Part shown: one piece after another, positions 49,200-61,821 of the stretch | Position numbering within the stretch: the first letter of the stretch is position 1 | How the letters are laid out: each line of letters opens with the position of its first letter | Assembly: GCA_010015805.1 (NCBI GenBank) | Contig: ML978128.1 | Span: 1,302,001 to 1,366,000, forward strand | Direction of reading: 5' to 3' | From: Rhizodiscina lignyota | Lineage: Eukaryota | DNA: 64,000 nucleotides | The notes under the pieces: generated by a model | The model's input: the letters and a program-made list of their open reading frames with translations, nothing else | What the model was told of the DNA's origin: nothing | The model's database searches: none | Program-made: the position numbers and the translations under genes

Positions 49200-51414
49200 T
49201 CACGCAAACCCTTCGAACTTTCTCGCGATTTCCAAAAGCTCTGCATCCATCCTACTGCCGCTCACAAAAGTCACTCCAAACGGGAGTGTCCCGTCATCCT
49301 TCTCATTTCCGGACAGCTCCTTTACCGGATATGTGCCAGCCGGCGTTGCAACAGCACACAAGTCCAAAACATTCGCAAAGTGCGTAAACTCGCCCAAGAA
49401 GCTGTTCTTCTTGATCGGGTCGGCATTGACTTGCTCAATTGTCCAATGCGTAGGTGCTGTGGGAACCATTACCACATCTACGCCGCTCGCCGCGTACGCA
49501 AAGACCTTCTCCACCTGACGTGTGTAAAGGGCTTTGGCCTGCAAGTCGCGATAAGCCTGGATAGCTGTGCTGTTTCGCGCAACAACCGCATCGAACAGCT
49601 GCACAGTGACGGGATGTAGATGTTGCCGATTCTGTTCAAGCCAGCCGTCGGGAAGTCCTGCGAGACGCTCAGAAACGAAAGTTCCGTCGTAAAGCAGCTT
49701 CCCAGCCTTGTCAAAAGGCGCCCAATCGATCGATACGAGCGTGCCACCGATGCTCTGAAGACGCTGAACAGCTTCGTCGAACATTCGTCGGTACACTGGG
49801 GTACATATCTCAAGGGCTTCAGGCGGCGGAATCCCAAACTTGAAGGCCTTAGCTTGAGGGCCTATTGCGTTGATATGTCGTTCAAAACCAATCGATGGCT
49901 TTGCGTAGCGGTCATTCTCGTCGTAGCCTTCCGTCAGTTGCCACACTAGCCTGGCATCGTCAATGTTCTTAGCAATGATGGCCATGCAATCTAGTGAGAG
50001 GCAAGCTGGCGTGACACCAACAGCAGATATGAGGCCTCTCGTGGGCTTGTATCCAACTACACCGTTGAAGAGTGCAGGTACGCGACCTGAGCCTGCGGTA
50101 TCAGTTCCGACAGAGAAAGAGCAAAGGCCCACTCCAACACTGACGCTGCTGCCAGAGGAGGAGCCGCCAGAAATGTATTCCTTGTGGAAAGCAGAGTGAG
50201 GTTGACCGTACGGGCTCCTGCAGCCTGTGAGACCCGTTGCGAATTGGTCGAGGTTGGCCTTGCCGATGAGGAGCCCACCTTCGGCTATAAGCTTCTCATA
50301 CATCGGTGCAGAAACGGTCGGGGTGAATGCCAAAGGCGGGCAGGCTGTGGTTGTCGGCAAACCGGCGACGTCTACGCTGTCCTTGACACTGAAGGGAATG
50401 CCGTAAAGCGGTGGGAGCGCAGATTTGTCTGGATACTTGGCGGCGAGTGCTTTTGCTTTCTCCACGACCACGTCTTTGCTCTCGAGATGGATCCATACGC
50501 CTTCGTGCTCCTGTCCGTAAGCTTCGATGATTTTGTATAGACCCTCAGCGACGGTGACAGGCGAAAGACCAGCTTTATATGCTTTCGATAAACCAGCAAT
50601 AGACAGATCACCGTCCCATTCAGGAGTAGTCTCGGGCGTTGATGAGGCTACCGTGCTGAGTGCATCCAGAAGAGGTTGTAATGATGCAACAAAGCTGAAA
50701 AGACCTTGTGACCAGTACAATACGTCGAGAGTTTGATATTTGAATTCGACATTATAGCCAGCAGTCGCTTCGGAGATTCCGCCTAACACAGTCAGTGATT
50801 GGGTTATTTCAACTCCATTGCGTTCTAACATCCCACGTACAGCATTCAAATCCCCGATCGTTCGCTTCCCGAATCGACGTTGCAAAGCAGCATTCTGTAG
50901 TGACACCAGCTACAATTATATGAGTGATGCCACGTGCTTTCAATTTATGCATAATTGTCGTATTCCAAAATGACCCCTTTCCGGGCTTGTCAATGACAAC
51001 CTCGCCAGGTAGTGGCTTTAATTCATCGACCAGATCATGGCCGTACTCTCCTCTCGTGAGCAGTCTTCCTAGCGGTCCTTTGTCTCCAATTACGAGCTTG
51101 TGCTGCTTATTTCCTGGAGAAGCAGCCTGCCTTACCAGTTTCGAGGATGGGCAGTCCGACATGTCTGGTTTTTGCCCTTCTCTGGTGTGGAAAATCGCCA
51201 GTCCTGCACTTCTGCAGGCATCAAGTAGCTTTCTCGTCGGGGCAATCGACTCTTGGACCGGCTCCAGATTCCCTCCCTGTATTTGCCCAAAGCCACCTGG
51301 GAGGAGAAAGTCCCTTTGCATGTCAATCACCAATAGAGCCGTGTGCTTGAGGGGAAAGGTGTATGCATATGGCTTGGCATCGATGGTGAGAGTGTCTATC
51401 TTTCCCTTACCCAT
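49200..51414 (-). CDS. Fusion: isochorismatase-like cysteine hydrolase (biuret/triuret hydrolase-like) + allophanate hydrolase-type amidase (718 aa)
   Basis: Exon 50841-51414 (IDMQRDF, HTREG, DKPGKGSF, GVTTECC, REANDRGF), 58-nt intron 50783-50840 (GTACGT...CTGAC...TAG), exon 49200-50782 (PFSVKD, NLDQFATGL, GGSSSGS, GTDTAGSGRVPA). Confidence 0.9.
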
Positions 51415-52442
51415 TTTTACACCGTGATCAGTCTTCTGATCAGTTGTTGCTGGCCAAACTAAATCCTTCTTGCCGGTTGTTGAGCTAAAATGCAATAAAT
51501 ATCTTTTGCTGTCGGGAGAAAAGATAAGTTGTCTGTTGGAGAGAATTGAATTCAAAAGAATGGGTTCCTAAATGAAATGCAAACTGGGTGAAGAACGAGA
51601 ACGGTTTCAAATCTATTATATGTAAATGCTCGTTTTGATGACCAGAAGAAAGATTACACCCTACAGATACCTCAAGAATTACGTTCCGACGCCGTCTTTC
51701 GGCTGTGATGCAGTCGATTGCCGTCGGCGCGCTCGCCGTTATCAAACGGAACAGTTTTGTGGAGCAATGGCGCTAGACTCAACTGGGGACAAGTATGTTT
51801 GGAAGGCACCTCCTAGTGGCTTGAAGGAGCTGCCCCCCAAAAGTCAAGTCGTAGCATATAAGGTATATTGGAAAGGCCTGCTTGAAACAGCTAGTGACCC
51901 CTACGACTAGTGAAATGAAATTTTTTGAGGAAATTTCGACAGAACATGAGCCCGCCGCCATATAGGCAAAGCGAGCACGCGTCTGTCAAATGGACTTGTC
52001 CTCAGCTCTATCTAAAATCAATATGTGGATCTCGGGATATCCACAATCGTGAAGTGAGTGTTTAGGACGACTTATTGTGGACCCGCAATATTGAGTGTTA
52101 AGATAACACAAACAGGGATATTTTCATCTCGGGCTTGCAACACCCTTACACCAGAACGTTCCTCAGGAGAGCTTGTTGGAGCTCCACCTGGCCTGGTTTC
52201 AAATTGCTATTGCCCATCGAAATGAACAGCTTTCGAAAGTTTGCCAAAGGCCAATTATAATTGAGCGTACTCATCTGCGGGCTCAAGCAAGCGATCAATG
52301 AGAGAATATTTTCATTATTACAATATATACTGAGTGTGTTTCGATACAACCTGATTGTTTCCAGGATTCCCTTTCTATTCGAAAGCAGGCACGTTCGTTT
52401 GTTCGTTTCTATGTGCGTGCAACGCTGGAACGCTATCAACAG

Positions 52443-54367
<1,925 letters not shown>

Positions 54368-55429
54368 CTTTTTTTCAAATGGACAAGAGGTCGACGAGAC
54401 GAACGCTCCAGGCGGCGGTCCTGCATACATATACCGACATTGAGGGCGGCGAACTCGGCCACTGACTATCGTTCACGTCGGTTCGCTTAGCTCCCGTGCC
54501 TGGGCCCGGAGCCGCCTTGTCGCCATTTTGCCTCCATAACCATGGCATCCTCAATATAGATACGACGGATTTGGAAGAGCATTGAGAGATTCATGAACGC
54601 TCATGGGTGTGCGTGGGCGGTGCGGAACGCCTCGACAAGCTCGACCGTCAGTCGACGCCGACTGTCTGCTTCCGACCTGCTCGTATTGATCTAGCACGCG
54701 CCGGGCCGGAAGCGCATTGAAAATTGAAACAGGCTTGCTGGCAAACCGGGCAGAGCAGCCGGAAGGGGAATCAAGCCTACTGAACGACTCAATGCCTTGC
54801 TGCAGGAACAACCTGACTCTGTACCACACCATGTCGTCTCTTAGCAAGGTCAACGAATCATTGTCTGACTCGCGCAACCGGGACGGGAGTGATTTTACGC
54901 AATTCGTCCGCCCGGCCGTAGAATCAAAGTGCTTACGGCCTCCATTCTCACCGTTGATGAGATATCTCTAATAGCTCCAGTTCGGGACACTGGGGAAAGA
55001 TGCAGCGGGAGGATTCAGAGATTGAAGACAACCACACTTTTCGCTGGCGGCGGGATAGTAGTGTTCTCTCGGTATCTTCAAAACCTTAATTCATGCCCTA
55101 AAAGCTCGCCACGCTGCGCCCTCCCACGCCGTCGTCTTTTAGATCGTCATTACTCGCGTCAAGCGAGCGCTCGACCCCGTCCGCACCAATCCCTTGTATG
55201 TCCCAAACGCTTTGTGGTTTCTCCTACATTCTCTCCCTTCAATCGGGCCTTTTAGCGATACGGAAGCGACAGGCTTCGTCAAGACCCTGGCTTTCCGTCG
55301 CTTCCAGGTCCAACCACCGGTTCTGTAGTATGGAGTACAAAGTCAGTCCACTCCTCCTCCTTTGCTTCGGGATGCCGCCTTGAACATACGTCCGTCCATC
55401 TACCGGATGTTTCCCACCCAAATCTCACA

Positions 55430-57382
55430 ATGGCGCCTTCAGTTGGTCTCGGGACGGAAGGCCCGGTGCAGCGCGGATGGGACCTCTGGATTGTCAGCGT
55501 CGTCATGGTCATTGTGGCTGGCATTTTCGTAATCGCCAGGTTTTTGGAAAGAGCACGGCGGCAAGGCCTTGGAGTCGACGATTACGTGATTCTTGCTGCT
55601 TTGGTACGAATAGTCTTAACTCCCGAACTGGATCATTGAAAGAGTGTGCTAATTATGAAAAGATATCATCCGTCTTGCTCTCTGTCACTGAGATCGAAGG
55701 TTGTACCCGCATCCGCACATTTCGGATTCAATGCTGACCTGGTTCCGCAGCTGTGGTTCATGGTTATGGAAGACACTCTGCTACATTACCGCACGCGCAA
55801 GTTATTATTGGGTTAAAATGGTCAGTCAATTGCAAGATCATGCTCCTCGAGAGGGTGGTGCTCACAGTGTAGCATAGGTTCTTTGCTGCGCAAGTTGTGT
55901 ACAAACTCGTCATCACGCTCGACAAGGTTGCCATCCTGTGCATGTACTACCGCATCTTCCAAGTCAACCAGGGTTTCCGGATTGCAGCGCATTGCGTGAA
56001 TGCGTTTATCATTCTCTCCGGTATAGCATATATCCTCGCTACCATCTTCCAATGCACCCCTGTCTCAGGAACATGGAATAAAACCATCAACCCGAAGTGT
56101 ATCAATAGCGAAGCTTTCTGGATCTCCTACGCGACGATCAATATCTTCACCGATCTCGTACTCCTCATCCTGCCAGTGCGACAGGTTATGCGCTTGAAGC
56201 TCTCGCGACTGGAAAAGCTTGGACTGTGCCTGGTATTCTGCACTGGATGCTTGTGAGTAGCCCTCGTTCTCTTTTATCCGCAGGTCTTCTTCTTGCTCGA
56301 TCCGAAGCCACGGAGCCACATCGAGACCGACATGCCCTACCCAAATCTCCGATGCTTGATTCATCTATTCGAGTACCCAATCGGAGCATTCAGCTCAGTT
56401 TCATATTGTACCACGTTCAGGGCTCTATCCCTTCAGTCTATCTTCGACATTGTTTTGCAGTACCACCCATCCGGGACCAATAAGCCATTCAAAACGCTGA
56501 TCATGACTCGCACTCAGTGCAACAGTAACTTCCATCGTCCGCACCACCACCTTGGCATCGTCTGCCCACGACAAAGATCCAACATGGGGCCCACTGCCAG
56601 CAACGGTGTGGTCCGTTATCGAGGCCAATGCAGGTATCATTGCAGCATGTCTGCCCACACTGCGGCATCCTTTTGCTTTGGTGTTTGGTCCACTTGTCCC
56701 TCAAAGGTTCCGCCCGTCGGCACAAGGCTCCGGTGGTCAATACAATCGCAGCGGCGGTAATGGCAGTAACCATAGATCAGGCAGAAGCGGAAGAAACAGT
56801 GGACTTCAACAGCTGTCTGACAACACTGCCGTTGAGGGCAGCAGAGGAAGCTTTCCCACAAAGTCCGGAGACAAGACCTTCGAGCCCTACGCATATGGCT
56901 ATGAACTCGATGGCCACAGTAGCATGGAGGAGCAGAATGCGCCATCTGACAGCGATAGCGGCCCCATTGTGCTGCAGCACCCCGAAGATCACAAGATGGT
57001 CGACATCAGGCCAGGACAGGCATACACGACACCGTATTCGCATCGCACCCGCAACGCGCCGCAGCAGCAGGAGCACCTGAACCCGCCGTTGGGGAAGCAA
57101 GGCGAGATATACGTGGAGAGCGACGTCAACATAAGCGTGTCGCATACCTCTGATGAACGGCTGGACAGGATGACCAGCGAGGGCAGAGGATATTATTCCT
57201 ATTCGGGCAGCGGGCTACGGAGTGGCGCCGGCCGACAATACTCGATTTCAGCCTCGAGGACGACGAGTAGAGATCGCGAGAGGGTGGAAAGGGAAGCGGA
57301 GAGACAGCGGTCCGCTGGCCGCGCAGAGCCCATGCCAGAGAGAGATCTTGGGAAGGAGTACTACTTGAGAGACATCATGTAA
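55430..57382 (+). CDS. Pth11-like integral membrane protein (fungal rhodopsin/GPCR-like, no CFEM seen)
   Basis: GLGVDDY, KVAILCMYYRIF, IFQCTPV, NIFTDLVLLILP, WSVIEANAGIIAACLPTL; multi-exon; long cytosolic tail. Confidence 0.88.
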
Positions 57383-58456
57383 GGGCGGTTTTATGACTTT
57401 GAGTGAACATTTTGGGGCGGGTACTGTCCTTTTTTTATACCCTGCTTGAGCATGTTGGCGTTTAGATGGGAGAGTGACGAAGACAACGTCGCCCACGCTG
57501 GGTTGTGATGTAAGATACCATTCTTTTTTGATTGTACATAGTACATGTACTATGAAAAGCTATGAATATATCGACAGAGTGGGATCTTATTCTCGCTCTC
57601 TTAGGATAGACCCAAATTAAAAGCTGAAAATGAGTCCTGTTTGGTGGTTTCCATATCCTCTCCCTTCATGATGCACAAATCACGTCAATGTCTTCAACAG
57701 ATTTACTACATAAAAGGAATGACTGGAGTTGCCCGCTTTCATTTTCAACTTCATCGCAGCAGTACTTTGCAGCGACTCGGCGAGTGGAGTCCCTCTGGAT
57801 ATGGAAGTTCTCGTGTAACCCTCGGCGGCAGAGCTGATCCTAGGGGAAGGATCCAATCACCTGGCTTCACTACAATGCCAGCAGAACCCTAAATAGCATT
57901 ATGTGGCTATGGCGCCGTTGTTTCAGTGCGAGTGAAACGCCATCAGCAAACGCAGAACATCATTAAGACAGCTTATGATGCTTACAAGACCTCAAAAGCA
58001 GGCATATTGTTGTGTGAAATGCATTACTAGCCACCCCGTGGCATACGCAAGAAAACTCCAATTGGAATGTACCTCCACGTGCCTGCTGGCATCCGAGCCT
58101 TCAGCCGCGAATGACGCACATCGCACATCGCGCTTCCCCGGCTCCGTCAGAGTGGGTGAAGCTTGCCTGCCTGGGTTCGTTGCGTGCTGGGTCCGCAGCG
58201 AAGGCGCGCCCTGACCTCCCGCCATCTCCATTACCAACTTCACTCCAGCCTCTCCACACTCCTCCATCCCACATTCATCACAATCGCATCGCTACTTCAC
58301 TGCTCCAGCTCGGTCGCGCACTTCACGCGATCTTGAAGCTATATCTCACTCCGCTCCTTCAATTTGCGCCAAAAGGGGCCGGTCTTGGCGCTTTGGTGCT
58401 GCTCATTGCTGCTGACGCTACTGCGCTTGAGGACATTTCCTTAACCTCTTACGAAG

Positions 58457-59253
58457 ATGGCGGATCAGAGCGTTGAGAAGGGCGATCAGGGTGAGTCCGT
58501 TCTTCCTGTCAGCTTTCAACCTCTCCTGTGCTCCTGGGAGTGCGCAATTGCGCCCCGAGCCGGCTGCATTTACCCGTTCCGGTCGAGCTGCGCTGAAGAA
58601 GCTATCAATCATGTCACTGTCTTTGCCAACTTTATGTTCTCGCGTTATACTAGTCATTTCAAAGTGCGGCATCGCTGATTAGACGCTATGCGCCAGTCTC
58701 CGGGCAATTGGGTTCCGACGCTCCGTCAGGTACCGTCCCCGAAGTCAACAAGGGAGGCGAAGTAGCAATTGAGTCGGACAAAGGCAATGCGGAGCCCGAA
58801 AAACCCGCTCTACCCGTCGAGGAGAAGGCGGATGGCAACACAGGTACTGAGGAGAAGAAGGACGAGGAACCTGCGACAGGCGAGACAGGCGACCAGGACG
58901 AGGAGTTGAAGGGGAAAGAAGAGGACACGAAGGCCGGCGCAGAGAAGGACAAGGATGAGGAGGCGAAGGAGGCGAATGGCGAGGAGAAGCAGACTGGTGA
59001 GAAGAGATCTAAAGAAGACCAAGAGAACGGCGAGAAGCAAGCAGAGGCCAATGGCGATGACAAGAAGGAAGCAGAGGCAGAGCCTGCAGCTAAGAAGCAG
59101 AAGAAAGATGAAGGAGAGGCAAATGGTGCCGGAAAGAAGAAGGCTGGCCGACCGAAGAGGAGTGATGGTCCACCAAAGCCAAAGAGGGAGCCTAAGAAGG
59201 CGGCAACGGAGACTGGAGAGCCAAGGAGGAGCTCCAGACACAAGTCTTCCTAA
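58457..59253 (+). CDS. Small acidic/Lys-rich protein with degenerate Hva1/DUF2945-like N-terminus and AT-hook
   Basis: Exon 58457-58490, intron 58491-58696, exon 58697-59253. Reads MADQSVEKGDQVSGQLGSDAPSGTVPEV...; KKKAGRPKR near the C-terminus. Confidence 0.65.
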
Positions 59254-59572
59254 GTCTCTTTATACACAGGAAATTGTCATCACCGGAAGGAGAGATGTCA
59301 ACATAACAGTTGACTAAAGCCACTGCCAACGGGAAACGGTACACGAGCAGGGCTTTGGATGAATGACGACGGGCACCGGGGCTTGGATGGTTGTCTTCTA
59401 TTTCTCTATGCATGGATCTGGGGGCCTTTTCAACGGGAGGAGGGGTTGTTCTGACATTATTATGCGTTCCAGGACTTCCGTTTCTATTCTTCTGCTTGAA
59501 AAGTAACTGCGTAGCAAAAAGTAGTCATTGTTGTAAGATACAGCAGCAACAACGCACAATCTTTTCCTCTGA

Positions 59573-60980
59573 TCAGTCTGAGTTCGATGCTTGTGCGTTG
59601 CCCATCATGCGTCTTAGCATGAGAACCTCGTGCTTCGTAATGAAGATGCTCGCTTTTGGGGAACTGCTGATGTCTGTCGTCCTACGATCGTCGTCGCCGC
59701 AGCAATCATTTGCGACGCCCTCGCCAAAGTCTAAAGCGTCAGTAAGATCGCGGACTTTCTGGCCCTCCCACTCGCCGCAATCATTAGTCCAGAAGACGCG
59801 CTTGATGCCGACTGAATGCATGTACTGTATACATCTGTAGCACGGACGTGAGGCATGCACAGATCTTATATCGTTACTTGACTCTAGTTCAGGTGATATA
59901 CCAGGACGGGTCCGAGGCCATGGATTGACCAGTTCATCATGCAGTGAGCCAGTCGCGACCAGTGTAGCTTGTCGAGCATCGGACAGATTGCTCCGCTCTG
60001 CTTTTCGACAGTTTGCCTTGACCGTTGGGACGGGTGGCATGTTGCCGAGTCTTGCGACATAGAGGTCTGCGCCAACAAGACGAGGATGCTTCGTTCGATC
60101 AACGACATGTTTCGTAGCGTTACTTGCAAGACTAGTTGGAACGAGTAAGGGCGATGATCTAGGATTGGACTGGGTCGACGAAGAGCGTGTTTGCTTTTGG
60201 CCAAGAGAGGAAGTAGAGGGGCGGTCGTCCAGCTTATGATACTGATATTGATCTCGATACTCGTCTCTGCCGTGATGACGCTGCTTGCCTTTCTTTGCCC
60301 TGTGAAACCCGCCACCCCGGTCCTTGTGTTCTCTCCGAACGTCCTGTTTCTTCTCGTTCTCGCTCTCCACCTTCAGGTACTCCGAGGTCTGGTTGAGATG
60401 TAGCGCCTTCAAAATACCACTGTTTATCTTGGACCTTGCTCGAGCGCTGCTTTGCGCCAGCCTGCTGTTCGGCAGCGGCGCTGCAGACCCGCTGGACATA
60501 CGACTGGAGACATTCCCGTCGTAGTCGCGCTTTTCGTTTAGAATGACCCGATAGTTTAAAGCACGGTTTTTGAGACAACATCTCTGTGGAAGCCGACGTG
60601 CTACAGGCTGCGAGGGCAGACTGGATTGCCATCATTTCGGAGTGCATTGAAAGTGGCACGTTTGCAAGGTGGGAACCGCCGCCTGTGTTCATGCCCTCAA
60701 ATGGAACAAATGTCGAAACCGATGAATTGGCGGTATGGGCAGCCTTCATATCAGCCTTGTCCTTACACTTTTTCTTCAGTTTTGCCAGTGCAGGTCCATC
60801 GAGGGAACCAGACGTGAGACGGCCGGATTTGAGAGCACCGCCATTAAAGCCAGGGCGATAATCATTGTAGCCACGGCCTATCACCTTACCACCACGCACA
60901 ATAATGCAGCCATGGCGATAGTGGAGAGGCGAGAGCGATGCCTGCTCAAGGCACAAGTTCAGGTAGTTATCAGTCTTCAT
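59573..60980 (-). CDS. Zn-dependent cytidine/dCMP-deaminase-fold protein encoded in two overlapping frames
   Basis: ORF 60234-60980 has HGCIIVRGGKVIGRGYN and SMHSEMMAI (HxE). The +1-frame ORF 59573-60499 has GADLYVAR and SRPCYRC...GIKRVFWT (PCxxC). Confidence 0.8.
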
Positions 60981-61821
60981 GTTGATTGTCGGAGCGAGTT
61001 CGTAATGAACAGTCTGATTGCTTGATCGTTTGAGTTAATCTGGAATGTAGAGCTGTATATCACAAGCGAAATGGTGAGCTGGTTGGTGTTTTTGGCGCAA
61101 GATACTGAGTGAAGTTAACGGCAGCGTTTGGACATGAATGACTGTTCAAGGGCAGAGGTTGAAGTTGACTTCGACTGTGCACGGGCCACTATGCCTCCCT
61201 GATCCATTCAAAACTTTCATTTGGTCTCGCAGCACATCGCCATCAGCCAGGTTCAGGTATCTGCCTATGCTGCTAATTCTTCAAGAAACTTTTGACTCTT
61301 AACTTTCATTCCCTCCGCTTTGACCATCAACAAAGACGCCGAGAAGTGCTGAAGATTCGGATCTGTACCGCCGGGGCGAGAGAGAATTCTCAGACAAAGA
61401 GACCAATCCTGCCCCTTTCTTTTTTATTTAACCACATTCTCCTAAGAGCATGTCAGACGTCGGCTTCTTTGGTTCTACCTGTCGAATTTATGACAAGTCA
61501 TGAGAGCGCAGCCACCATTGCGGTTTGGTGTCACGATCTTTCCCAAAGCACGGTCTCGGAGGTCCCAGGCCGCTCAAGAAAAGTTTATAACACGCCAGTT
61601 CCCATCAATTGGCCATGGCTCAATAGCACGACCAATTTGGTCTCGTCGATTATCTGTGTTGGTCGCTCCCGGAAACCAACATGGAGCGGAGACTAGCAAT
61701 ACACAGACCGATCCAGAAACCACCCATATCGCTTCAACTGCTTCTGTTCCAATTCGCTCGTGCATCGGACGAAGTCGTCCAATTCGACCAAGGTCTATTC
61801 GCAGTCGACTGGAACCGACAC

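Noticed and set aside
51626..52140. Short ORF and stop-riddled continuation as a possible helicase or transposon relic
   Set aside because: No convincing motif; the similarity is too weak to call by eye.
57533..57554. 18-bp palindrome CATAGTACATGTACTATG overlapping a TGTACATA Pumilio-like element
   Set aside because: A single occurrence in AT-rich 3' flank; no evidence of function or of a link to the PUF gene in this window.
60554..60560. TTTAAAC slippery heptamer (minus strand) in the deaminase overlap
   Set aside because: It is phased T_TTA_AAC in the +1 frame, so a classical -1 slip would go the wrong way. Not accepted as the shift site without comparative data.
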